Position numbers and translations under genes: made by a program. DNA of 64,000 bases from Vicinamibacterales bacterium. Its GTDB lineage: Bacteria > Acidobacteriota > Vicinamibacteria > Vicinamibacterales > CAVVIG01. Numbering within the stretch: position 1 is the stretch's first letter; every line of letters begins with the position of its first letter. Below the pieces are notes generated by a model. It did no database searches, was not told the DNA's origin, and saw only the letters and a program-made list of their open reading frames with translations. Shown piece after piece: positions 8,950 to 17,249 of this stretch. The DNA lies in assembly GCA_035537875.1 (NCBI GenBank), contig DATLLJ010000103.1:2999-66998 (forward strand), in the 5' to 3' direction.

Positions 8950-10250
8950 GAGACGGCCGTCGGTACCGAATCAGCGGCCGCGAGCTCCCCGCGGCCGCGC
9001 GGCACGATGCTGAGTGTCACCCGTCGTGCGGGATCGAGATGCCGGCTGACCGTGTCCTGCAGCGACCGGGGCGTGACCGACAAGTAACGCGCCAGATCGC
9101 GGTCGAAATAGGAAGGATCCTTGAGAAAGACGTTGTAGGCGTTCAGCTGGTCCGACTTGCCGCCGAACCCGCCAACTGTCTGGAGCCGGAACATGAACTG
9201 CGCTTCTGCCTGAACACGACCTCGCTCGATCTCGTCGTCGCTCGGTCCCTCGGAGCCGAGCCGGCCCACTTCTTCGAGCACGGCGCTCTCGAGCTCGCCA
9301 AGCGTGTGGCCAGGAGCGGCGGTCGCCGTGATTTGCAGGTATCCGGCCATCTCTCGCGAATTCTGCAGAGCCGAGACGTCCGTGGCAATGCGCTCCTCGA
9401 ACACGAGGCGGCGGTACAAGCGGGAAGTCTTCCCGTTGGCCAGGATGTCCGCGGCCAAATCGAGATCGGCGTCACCCTCCGCAAACATTGCGGGTGACAG
9501 CCACGCGAGATACAGCCGGGGCAGCTCGACGCGATCCTCCAGCAGAATCCGGACGTCTCGATCGAGCGACGCCTCCACGCGAACTGGGGCCACCGGTTCG
9601 CCGGGGGGGATTTCTTGGAAGTAGGCGCGCGCAAGCGCCAGCGCCTGGTCGGGCTCGATGTCCCCCGCCAGTGCCAGGGATGCATTCGCAGGATGGTAGT
9701 AGCGTCGAAAGAACTCGTGGGCTTCGTCGAGGCGCACGACGTTGAGATCGTCGATTTCGCCAATCGTCGCCCAGTGATACGGGTGGTCGGGAGGAAAGAG
9801 CGCCGCCAGAATGGCAAGAGCGCTCAGACCGTACGGTCGGTTCTCGTAGTTCTGCCGCCGTTCGTTCAAGACGACCGCCCGCTGGTTCGAGAACTTGGCC
9901 TCGGTGAGCGCGGGCAACAGGTAGCCCATCCGGTCGGACTCCATCCAGAGCCCGAGCTCGAGGGCATTGGAGGGAACAACCTCCCAGTAATTCGTCCGAT
10001 CCGCGTTCGTGGATCCATTGAGCGACGCCCCTGCGCCCTGCAGCGGCTGAAAGTACCCGTGGTCGTGGTGCGCAGATCCTTCGAACATCAGGTGCTCGAA
10101 GAGGTGCGCGAAGCCGGTCTGACCCGGCCGCTCGTTCTTGGACCCGACGTGATACCACACATTGATGGCCACGACCGGGCAGCCGTGGTCCTCGTGCAGA
10201 ATCACGTCGAGACCGTTTGCGAGCCTGTGACGAGAGTAGGGCAGGTTCAC
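8946..10250 (-). CDS. M16 family zinc peptidase, catalytic-type subunit
   Basis: HxxEH zinc site in GFAHLFEHLMFEGS. I prefer GTG 10250-10248, which forms a GTGA overlap with the stop of the lipoprotein gene and gives an N-terminus VNLPYSRHRLANGLDV typical of M16. An ATG at 10316 is the alternative. The track ORF start at 10715 is an overlap artefact. Confidence 0.8.
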   Translation of the reverse strand: MNLPYSRHRLANGLDVILHEDHGCPVVAINVWYHVGSKNERPGQTGFAHLFEHLMFEGSAHHDHGYFQPLQGAGASLNGSTNADRTNYWEVVPSNALELGLWMESDRMGYLLPALTEAKFSNQRAVVLNERRQNYENRPYGLSALAILAALFPPDHPYHWATIGEIDDLNVVRLDEAHEFFRRYYHPANASLALAGDIEPDQALALARAYFQEIPPGEPVAPVRVEASLDRDVRILLEDRVELPRLYLAWLSPAMFAEGDADLDLAADILANGKTSRLYRRLVFEERIATDVSALQNSREMAGYLQITATAAPGHTLGELESAVLEEVGRLGSEGPSDDEIERGRVQAEAQFMFRLQTVGGFGGKSDQLNAYNVFLKDPSYFDRDLARYLSVTPRSLQDTVSRHLDPARRVTLSIVPRGRGELAAADSVPTAVS

Positions 10251-10747
10251 CGAAGGCTGCCGCAGGTGGACGACCCGTCGTAAGGATTCGCGATCGAAGA
10301 TCCTTCCTGCAGCCATCGGCTCCGAGTCTGATCGCACTCGGCGACCTCGACGCCCTCGGGAGGAGTCAGGTTGAGACCGTCCATATACGTGATGATCGCA
10401 TCGCTCAGCGCGCCGAACTTCGCACGCGCGTCCGCCAGCTCGGTGGTGGCCGAGAGCTGCAGGGCGGCTGTTCCGATCTTGAAGGCCGGCGCGCCGAGAG
10501 GAGTCGCTGCCGTCGCGATGTTGCCGGCGTTCGCCTTCACCGTGTCGAGGGTACCACCGTAAAGCGCCGTCTGAATCTCGAGATAGGGACCCACAATCGA
10601 GGACGGCATCGCCGAGCCGGCTTCCGGCGTGTTCGAGGTGGCGGGCGCCGGCATACATCCGACCATCAGGCCTATCGCGACAGAAAGCCCGGTGTCCAGG
10701 GAGACCTTCGTCCACCCGGCGGACCGAGCGGTCGCCGCGAACCTCAT
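10247..10747 (-). CDS. lipoprotein, DUF3347-like
   Basis: Signal peptide plus lipobox (LMVGC). The body IVGPYLEIQTALYGGTLDTVKANA... and the tail C..W....NPYDGSS..CG resemble DUF3347. ATG 10747 overlaps the mrp stop (ATGA). Confidence 0.6.
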   Translation of the reverse strand: MRFAATARSAGWTKVSLDTGLSVAIGLMVGCMPAPATSNTPEAGSAMPSSIVGPYLEIQTALYGGTLDTVKANAGNIATAATPLGAPAFKIGTAALQLSATTELADARAKFGALSDAIITYMDGLNLTPPEGVEVAECDQTRSRWLQEGSSIANPYDGSSTCGSLR

Positions 10748-11871
10748 CGCACCACCGTCAACGGAATCGTCGATCGTTTGTAGCTCGCGATGGACACTTG
10801 CGCCGCCGCCCGTTCCGCGACTTCCCGGATGGCTCGAGCGGCCGGCGAGTCCGGCTCGGCAATCAGAAGCGGCACGCCCTTGTCGCTCCCTTCCCGAATC
10901 GGCTGGTAGATCGGCACCCGGCCGAGAAACGGCACGCCGGCCTCGCGGGCCATGCTTTCGCCGCCTCCGTGCCCGAAGATATCGGCCTCGTGGGCGCAGT
11001 TCGGGCAGACGAAGTAGCTCATGTTCTCGACGATACCGAGGGGCGGGATGTTGAGCTTCTTGTACATGGCCAGCGCCCGCCGGCTGTCGGCCAGCGACAC
11101 CTCCTGCGGTGTCGTGACCACGATTGCGCCGGCCACCGAGACCGTCTGGCTGAGACTCAGCACGACATCGCCTGTTCCCGGCGGCAGATCGACGATCAGG
11201 TAGTCGAGGTTCTCCCAACGGACCTCGCGAAAGAACTGCTGCAGCGCGCCGTGCAGCATCGGTCCTCGCCAGATGATCGGCGCGTCGTCCTTCGTGAGGA
11301 ACGCCATCGAGATGACCTGCATTCCGTACTGTTCAGCCGGGACGATCTTCTGGCCGTCGGTCGTCAGTTCGGTTCTCAGACCGAGCATCATCGGAACGTT
11401 GGGCCCGTAGATATCGCCGTCGATGATTCCCACTTTGCTGCCGGCCTGGGCGAGAGCGACCGCGACGTTCACAGCGACCGTCGTCTTGCCGACGCCGCCC
11501 TTGCCAGCGCCAACCGCGATGACGTTCTTGACGCCCGGGACAGCCGCGCGGCCGGCCGCCGGATCGACGGCTTCCCTCACCCGGGCGCTCATCTGCACGT
11601 CCACCCCGGTCACCCCGGGCAGCTGCATGACGGCAGCGCGGGCCTGGTCCCGCATCTGGTCCTTGACGGGACACGCCGGCGTCGTCAGCTCAATCGTGAA
11701 CGCGACCTGGCCACTGGAGATCTTCAAGTCCTTCACGAACCCGAGACTGACGATGTCCCGGTTCAGGTCGGGATCTCTGACCACCCTCAATGCCTCGAGA
11801 ACGCTGGCCTGCTCAACTTGCATACAGTCAAGAATATCGTACACTCGAACATCATCTGGACATTGGGTCAT
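10744..11871 (-). CDS. mrp: Mrp/ApbC/NBP35 family Fe-S cluster carrier ATPase
   Basis: DUF59-like N-domain (LEALRVVRDPDLNRDIVSLGFV), deviant Walker A GAGKGGVGKTT, and CPNC motif. Start is uncertain. ATG 11871 lies inside a palindromic repeat arm. ATG 11823 (MQVEQASVLEAL) is an equally good candidate. Confidence 0.85.
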   Translation of the reverse strand: MTQCPDDVRVYDILDCMQVEQASVLEALRVVRDPDLNRDIVSLGFVKDLKISSGQVAFTIELTTPACPVKDQMRDQARAAVMQLPGVTGVDVQMSARVREAVDPAAGRAAVPGVKNVIAVGAGKGGVGKTTVAVNVAVALAQAGSKVGIIDGDIYGPNVPMMLGLRTELTTDGQKIVPAEQYGMQVISMAFLTKDDAPIIWRGPMLHGALQQFFREVRWENLDYLIVDLPPGTGDVVLSLSQTVSVAGAIVVTTPQEVSLADSRRALAMYKKLNIPPLGIVENMSYFVCPNCAHEADIFGHGGGESMAREAGVPFLGRVPIYQPIREGSDKGVPLLIAEPDSPAARAIREVAERAAAQVSIASYKRSTIPLTVVR

Positions 11872-11970
11872 CTAGTCATCGGGTCATTTGATTGTAGGAT
11901 TGATTTGTTAATCTAGGGATTGGGGAAATCCATCGCCAATCCAATGATCAGATGACCCGATGACCCAATT
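11861..11970. repeat. Palindromic array of GGGTCAT(C/T)-type octamers; terminal arms contain both divergent start codons
   Basis: The sequence cattgggtcat (11861-11871) is the reverse complement of atgacccaatg, matching atgacccaat at 11960-11969. Nested arms gggtcat (11881-11887) and atgaccc (11952-11958) also pair. The centre is rich in gattg/ggatt units. Confidence 0.85.
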
Positions 11971-12298
11971 TCCCGAGTCTCCCAATCGCGGTGTGATGAT
12001 TGTGCTGGCCTATCTCTGGCCGTTCGCACTCATCCCGTTAATCGTTGAGAAAGACGACCCGGAGATTCAATGGCACGCGAGAAATGGCCTCGCGCTCGCT
12101 ATCGCCGAGGTGCTCTTGTTGTTCGTGTACCTCGTGATCATGAGCCTCGTCAGCGTCGCGGCCCTCGGCCTCGGGTTCGTGCTGGGGTTCCTGCTGGTGT
12201 TCGCGTGGATTGGGATCCTGGGCCTGCATCTGGTCGCGATCCTGAAAGGCATCGGCGGCGGACGTTTGGTGATTCCGGGCCTCAGCAGAACCGCGTAA
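11960..12298 (+). CDS. DUF4870-like small membrane protein
   Basis: VMIVLAYLWPFALIPLIVEKDDPEIQWHARNGLALAIAEVLLLF resembles DUF4870, and there are three TM segments. ATG 11960 lies in the repeat arm. ATG 11996 is an alternative start. Confidence 0.6.
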   Translation: MTQFPESPNRGVMIVLAYLWPFALIPLIVEKDDPEIQWHARNGLALAIAEVLLLFVYLVIMSLVSVAALGLGFVLGFLLVFAWIGILGLHLVAILKGIGGGRLVIPGLSRTA

Positions 12299-12305
12299 GA
12301 AATCG

Positions 12306-12668
12306 TCAGTCTGCCATTTCAAAACTCCTCTTCCCTTCCTCCCTCAGCAGGGTCCACAACGCGTAGCAGCCGAGAGCCGTGCCGTACGGCAGCAGGACGA
12401 GATCCACTGAACCAAGCGTCAACGCGAGGACACGCGACCAGGGACGGCGCCGCCGTAGCGGAAGGCCGACGGCAACGTGGGCCGCCCCCCACAAAATCGC
12501 GATCAAGGCAAGCGTGGTGAAGGCGGCCGCCGTGAGGCCTGCCGCGAATTGTCCGCCGCGGTCGACCGCGCCAGAGGTGATCAGAGCGACCGCACCAATG
12601 CCCAGCGCCAGGGTCGACAGGCCGATCAGCGTCGTCAGCAGACCCCAGATGACGAAGAGCAGGCCCAC
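12306..12668 (-). CDS. membrane protein, unknown function
   Basis: Hydrophobic body VGLLFVIWGLLTTLIGLSTLALGIGAVALITSG... with about four TM segments. I start it at GTG 12668-12666 because the first 43 residues of the track ORF (..SIPSIPSIPQSPNQLPDYPITRLPN) are simply the translated octamer array. Start position is low confidence. Confidence 0.5.
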   Translation of the reverse strand: MGLLFVIWGLLTTLIGLSTLALGIGAVALITSGAVDRGGQFAAGLTAAAFTTLALIAILWGAAHVAVGLPLRRRRPWSRVLALTLGSVDLVLLPYGTALGCYALWTLLREEGKRSFEMAD

Positions 12669-12680
12669 CAGGTGGACATG

Positions 12681-12846
12681 GCAATTGGGTAATCGGGTAA
12701 TCGGGTAATCGGGTAATTGATTTGGGGATTGCGGGATTGACGGGATTGACGGGATTGATTTGATGGCGATTACTCGATCGACTTCCTGATTACCCAATTA
12801 CCCAATCAATTACCCAATTACCCGATTACTCGATTACCCGATTCGA
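12681..12846. repeat. Largest palindromic octamer array: (GGGTAATC)n ... (GATTACCC)n
   Basis: Left arm is gggtaatc x3 plus gggtaatt (12687-12718), followed by ggggattg/gggattgac units. Right arm is gattaccc aattaccc aatcaattaccc aattaccc gattactc gattaccc (12788-12846). The stop codon of the DnaJ-like gene (taa, 12826-12828) lies inside the right arm. Confidence 0.9.
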
Positions 12847-13239
12847 CGATGTGATCCGTATCTCGAACCGGACCGACTCGCCACCCGGCACCGAGACGCG
12901 AACCCGAAACCGGCCGCCGTCCGCCAGGCCGCGCGGCAGAGGGATCCGAACCAATCGCCGCTCCAAGGTCACTCCGGTGCTTGCGCACGCCTCGCACGGT
13001 TCCGTCCACACTTCTCCACGGCCCCCGCATCGCCGGCACACGCCACGAATCGGCACCTCGATTGGAACCGACGCACCTTCCCACATATCACGCCGGGTCA
13101 CGTGCAGCTCGAGCCGCACGACATCGTCGGGTTCGGCGTCGGCGCGCTCGCCGAGGAACGAATCGCGCATGCGCTCGACCGCCGGCTCGAGGCTCGGAAA
13201 GTCGATGGCGATCTCGTCCGCAAAACATTCGTGAGGCAT
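12826..13239 (-). CDS. DnaJ-like zinc-finger / C-terminal-domain protein lacking a J domain
   Basis: CRRCGGRGEVWTEPCEACASTG contains a CxxCxGxG motif followed by a degenerate second motif (CEACASTG). Flanking it are LELHVTRRDMWEGASVPIEV and LVRIPLPRGLADGGRFRV strands, like the DnaJ central and CTD region. No HPD or J domain. Confidence 0.55.
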   Translation of the reverse strand: MPHECFADEIAIDFPSLEPAVERMRDSFLGERADAEPDDVVRLELHVTRRDMWEGASVPIEVPIRGVCRRCGGRGEVWTEPCEACASTGVTLERRLVRIPLPRGLADGGRFRVRVSVPGGESVRFEIRITSSNRVIE

Positions 13240-13335
13240 CGGTCGTTCCGCTAACGATAGAAAGCGTTCCCTGCCTTGTCAAGGCAAGGAAGCAGTGCTA
13301 ATTTGGGTCGCGCGACGCTTAACTGCACAATCGTC

Positions 13336-13506
13336 ATGCCTGATGATCGTCAGCAAAGGGAATGCCCGCTCTGCGGCGGCACGATGCATATCAGGGAAAC
13401 GGAGACCGTCGTGCGCATTCCCGGGAATCCGAACCCGACAACGCGCCCCCATCGGGAATGGTTCTGTCCCGAATGCGATAACTTTGAAGAGGCCGAGGGC
13501 GACTAA
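13336..13506 (+). CDS. small zinc-ribbon protein (56 aa)
   Basis: MPDDRQQRECPLCGGTMHIRE...WFCPECDNFEEAEGD has two CxxC pairs. ATG 13336 verified. Confidence 0.5.
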   Translation: MPDDRQQRECPLCGGTMHIRETETVVRIPGNPNPTTRPHREWFCPECDNFEEAEGD

Positions 13507-13528
13507 AGTAAGGGAACCGGCGCCCGGA

Positions 13529-13750
13529 TCAACGCGCGCCGATTGTCAACAGAACTTCTTTGCGCAGGGTATCCTCGAATTCCGCGAAGTTCAGCGCGGA
13601 CTCGCACTCGTCGCACAGCACTTCGAGCACGGCAGGACGGCTTTCCTCGGTTACCTCGACTCGACTACCCTCAACGTTCACGACATGCATTTGCAGCGTT
13701 TTGACCAGAAAATTTCGGTCGTTGCCGCAATTCGGACAGGTCAACGTCAC
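13529..13750 (-). CDS. small zinc-ribbon protein (73 aa)
   Basis: MTLTCPNCGNDRNFLVKT...VLCDECESALNF has two CxxC pairs. Convergent with the previous gene. Confidence 0.5.
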   Translation of the reverse strand: MTLTCPNCGNDRNFLVKTLQMHVVNVEGSRVEVTEESRPAVLEVLCDECESALNFAEFEDTLRKEVLLTIGAR

Positions 13751-13851
13751 GAACCACTCCCCCGCCCCTGTAAGCCAGAGGCGACAACAGCTCCGAGCCG
13801 TCGATTCTATGTAATGGCCCGGCCCTAGCGCAATGTAAAATCGAGCCGATT

Positions 13852-14016
13852 ATGCCCGCTTATCAGGTGCACACCGAAGCCCGTGGCCCCCATTGGGTCT
13901 CCTGGATCACACGCGAAGGGGACGAAAAGCCTTATCAATCGGTGATTCTCATCGCCCGCACGCAGGAAGAGGCCGAAGCTCGCGGGAAAGCCTGGGCCGC
14001 CAGAGCCTCAGATTAG
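13852..14016 (+). CDS. small hypothetical protein (54 aa)
   Basis: Below the ORF-track size cut-off and translated by hand: MPAYQVHTEARGPHWVSWITREGDEKPYQSVILIARTQEEAEARGKAWAARASD. Third codon positions are mostly G/C. It loosely resembles the ORF at 21767-21988 (W.a.I....G.T.EEA....W). Confidence 0.35.
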   Translation: MPAYQVHTEARGPHWVSWITREGDEKPYQSVILIARTQEEAEARGKAWAARASD

Positions 14017-14526
14017 CCGCCGATAGGCGACCCGCCCCTGCTCGACCAGCGCGAAATCGGTCAAAGTGTGCAACGGCGCTCCCGTGATTGACAGGATGTG
14101 CCGCACCTCGACCCCCCGCGCGACCAGCGCGTCGGCCACGAGCTGTCGGTGGCACTGCCACGGAACGGCTTCCGCGCACATGACGGCAGTGGGCGTGGCG
14201 CCCGCCAGAACGACCAGCTCATCAAGTCCCGCATGGAACGGGGGCGTTTCCATGTAGTCGGCATATCCCCGGAAGCCCTCGACCCTCCACGCCGTGTTGC
14301 GGGAGTCGGCGCGCGGTTTTCGCATGCCTCCGAGTGCCCTGAGGTGCCGGTACACGATGCCGGCCGACTCGAGCGACGCCGCAAGAGCATCCCCCGAGAA
14401 GTGCGGATGGCGGCGCGACCGTGGGATTGAACGAATGTCCACCAGCTGTCCGATACCGTGCGCCGCGAGGATCTCCAAGAAGCCAGCGAGCGGCCGCGTG
14501 GAATGACCAACGGTGTAGATCGTCAC
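14008..14526 (-). CDS. DUF488 family protein
   Basis: MTIYTVGHSTRPLAGFLEILAAHGIGQLVDIRSIPRSRRHPHF...VMCAEAVPWQCHR is the classic DUF488 pattern. The GTG start overlaps the helicase stop (GTGA). Confidence 0.85.
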   Translation of the reverse strand: MTIYTVGHSTRPLAGFLEILAAHGIGQLVDIRSIPRSRRHPHFSGDALAASLESAGIVYRHLRALGGMRKPRADSRNTAWRVEGFRGYADYMETPPFHAGLDELVVLAGATPTAVMCAEAVPWQCHRQLVADALVARGVEVRHILSITGAPLHTLTDFALVEQGRVAYRRLI

Positions 14527-17249
14527 GAGCCGCCAGTTGCCGCGCTGATCGACCCCTGAAGCCGGTGCTGCCGTCCGCTCGACGTCGTCCAGACCGCGTC
14601 CCCTCCGACACCCACCCGCGTGAACAACGCGGCGAGCGATCGCGGAAGCACTTCGCCCAGACTTCCTCGGCCCATTCGACAGACACCGTTCGAGAGCGTC
14701 GCCGAAAGGTACAGTCGGTCTCGCGCCCGCGTGAGCGCGACGTACAGCAGGCGCTTGGTCTCCTCCCGCTCGCGGACCTGTGCGTCTTCGTCGCTCTCGG
14801 ACTGGTAATCGGCGATCGCAATCGACGCGCCATTCGGGCCGTCCACACCGACGCGGATCGGCGGTCGCGTGGTCCCAGTTCCGCGACCCATATTGACCAC
14901 AAAGACGATGGGAAACTCGAGTCCCTTCGCCGCATGAACCGTCATGAGGCTGACGGCATCGACGGCATCGATTGCCGCGTTCGACTCGTCGCCAACGGCC
15001 AGCCGATCGAGATGCTCGGCGATGCGCTCGAGCGTGGCATATCCTCGATTCTGGATGCGCCTGACCAGGCCGCCAAGCTTCTTGAGATTCTCGCGCGCCT
15101 GCAAGCGGCGCGGACCCCGCAGCTCGTAGGGGTAGGCCGTCTCTCGAAGCGCCTCTGCCAACAGCTCAGCTGGCGTGACGCGATCCACCCGCTTCAACCA
15201 CCCGGCGACAGCCGCTCGCGCGCACGAAAGGACGCGTCGATCTTCGTCGCACAGTCTCTCGAACACCTCCGGAGGGTCCAGGGCGATGACCGCGCCGGCG
15301 AGCGCTGGTGACAGCCGTCTCACGCCGTCATCAGAAATCCGCACGAGCCGGGACCGCAGAAAGGCCGCAGCTCTCAAATCCGAAGTCGGCCTCGCCAGGA
15401 ACCTGAGCAGCGCGACGGCATCCTGAATCTCCGGCGCATCGAAGAAGCCGAGTCCCTTGTAGACGCATGTCGATACGCCGCGGCGCTCCAGCGCCGACTC
15501 GAACTCGCGATGGCTCTCACGGGAGCGAAAGAGGATCCCGATGTCGGCCGGGGTGGCCAGACGCCGGACGCCGCTCCGTCGATCGCGGACCGTCGCCGAT
15601 GAAAGCAGCCTGACGATTTCATCGGCGGCAAGGTCCGCCGTGGCACGGACCGTTCCCGCGACGATCAGACCAAGCGGTGATTCCGCGTCCGGCTGTTCCA
15701 GCTCCATCTCGGCTGGAAATCGATCGCGCTCGTCGTACCTGAACGCGTCGCGCCGCCCATCCGCCTTCTCCACTTCGTCGAAGACATCGTTCACGAACGC
15801 GAGCAGTTGCGGAACGGCACGAAAGCTGACCGTGATGGCGCGCCTGGGCTGGCTGTCGGGGCGCAGCGTCTGAACGAACGCCGCCGCGTCGTCGAGCACC
15901 GCCACGTCGGCGTCGCGAAAGCCGTAGATCGACTGCTTGCGATCTCCGACGACGAAGATCGACGGAGCAAGCGCGCCAGCGGCAACCCCCAAGCCCTCGC
16001 CCCAGCTTCGAATCAACAGGGAGACGAGCTCCCACTGCGCTCGGCTCGTGTCCTGGAACTCGTCTACGAGCACATGGTGATAGCGCGCCTCCAGACGGTA
16101 CCGGCTGCGTGCGAACTCGTCCATCTGCTTCAAGAGATCGACGGCTCGCTCGAGCACGCCGGAGAAATCGAGCAACGCGTGTGCGTCGAGGGTCTGCCGG
16201 TAGGTCGTGAGCGCGACCGCGAAGATACGCCACACGCCGCGTGACATCACCACGTTGAGGTCGCGCCGAAAGGCGCGGAATACGTCGGCCAGCGCCGGTG
16301 CGAGCTCGGCGGCTGTCTGGCGATGTCGCTTCCAGGACGCCGCGGAGGCGCAGTCCTCGGCGCGATATCCCGTGCCGGCGAATCCGGCCTTTCGCGGCTC
16401 TCCCTGCTGGGTCAGAAAATAGCCGCGGAGGCAATCGATCAGGGCCCGCACCTCAGAGGGCCGCGGGGGAGCGTCAGGGCGACCGCACAGCTCACGGATG
16501 TCTTCGGCCAGCATCGCGTACGCTGGCTGTCGCAACGGCCCGTTCTTCAGGAACGCGTCAACGCCCCCCGGCAGATCTGCGAATAACCGCACCAGACGGT
16601 CGGTGGCGTCCTTACAGCAGCCTGACGCCGTCAGCTCACGCGGCCCCTGCTGCAGAAAGCGCCGAAGCACCGCTGGAGCCACCAGGCGGCGATCCAACAG
16701 CAGCGAGAGCCCCGCACGAAGCTTCTGTTCGCCCAGCTGAGCGAAGACCAGCGCCACGTCATCGTCCGACCCGGCTTGCGAGCGGCAGATGCGAAGAGCG
16801 CGATCGAGAGACTCTTCCGTCAGACGGGCGACTTCCGTGTCGTCAGCGAGGGAGAACCCGGGGTCGACATCGGCTTCGAGCGGAAACTCCCGAAGCAGCG
16901 ACAGGCAAAAGGCATCGATGGTGGAGATGGCAATATCGCCCGACCGCTCGCAGAGGTCGCGCCACCGTGCCGCGTCGAGCTGCGACAAGCGGGACGCTTC
17001 CTTCAATCGCTCGACGATGCGACTGCGCATTTCGGCGGCCGCTTTCCTGGTGAACGTAATCGCGAGAATGTTGTCGGGGTCGACGCCGGCCAGGAGCAGG
17101 TTGACGTAGCGTTCAACCAGCACTCGGGTTTTGCCGGTTCCGGCGGACGCCTCGAGAACGACGTTCTGCGTCGGATCGACTGCCGCCTGGCGGGCGGAGG
17201 CGTCGATGCCGTCTGGCAACACCCGGACCGTGTCAGACGTCACCGACAT
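14523..17249 (-). CDS. UvrD/PcrA/AddA-type SF1 helicase without a C-terminal nuclease domain
   Basis: Walker A EASAGTGKT, motif II DEFQDTS, motif V HAAKGLEFP and motif VI YVALTRARDRLYL. The protein ends about 60 aa after motif VI. ATG 17249 verified. The upstream part of the track ORF overlaps the AddB-like gene. Confidence 0.85.
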   Translation of the reverse strand: MSVTSDTVRVLPDGIDASARQAAVDPTQNVVLEASAGTGKTRVLVERYVNLLLAGVDPDNILAITFTRKAAAEMRSRIVERLKEASRLSQLDAARWRDLCERSGDIAISTIDAFCLSLLREFPLEADVDPGFSLADDTEVARLTEESLDRALRICRSQAGSDDDVALVFAQLGEQKLRAGLSLLLDRRLVAPAVLRRFLQQGPRELTASGCCKDATDRLVRLFADLPGGVDAFLKNGPLRQPAYAMLAEDIRELCGRPDAPPRPSEVRALIDCLRGYFLTQQGEPRKAGFAGTGYRAEDCASAASWKRHRQTAAELAPALADVFRAFRRDLNVVMSRGVWRIFAVALTTYRQTLDAHALLDFSGVLERAVDLLKQMDEFARSRYRLEARYHHVLVDEFQDTSRAQWELVSLLIRSWGEGLGVAAGALAPSIFVVGDRKQSIYGFRDADVAVLDDAAAFVQTLRPDSQPRRAITVSFRAVPQLLAFVNDVFDEVEKADGRRDAFRYDERDRFPAEMELEQPDAESPLGLIVAGTVRATADLAADEIVRLLSSATVRDRRSGVRRLATPADIGILFRSRESHREFESALERRGVSTCVYKGLGFFDAPEIQDAVALLRFLARPTSDLRAAAFLRSRLVRISDDGVRRLSPALAGAVIALDPPEVFERLCDEDRRVLSCARAAVAGWLKRVDRVTPAELLAEALRETAYPYELRGPRRLQARENLKKLGGLVRRIQNRGYATLERIAEHLDRLAVGDESNAAIDAVDAVSLMTVHAAKGLEFPIVFVVNMGRGTGTTRPPIRVGVDGPNGASIAIADYQSESDEDAQVREREETKRLLYVALTRARDRLYLSATLSNGVCRMGRGSLGEVLPRSLAALFTRVGVGGDAVWTTSSGRQHRLQGSISAATGGS

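Noticed and set aside
10798-11916. 372-aa plus-strand ORF opposite mrp, and the 384-aa minus-strand ORF at 52168-53322 opposite the cytochrome-barrel gene
   Set aside because: Both are Arg/Asp-rich antisense shadows of genes with clear motifs.
12681-12846. Octamer arrays as CRISPR arrays
   Set aside because: Units are 8-9 nt and directly tandem, with no spacers. The arrays are inverted rather than unidirectional, and there are no cas genes in the window.
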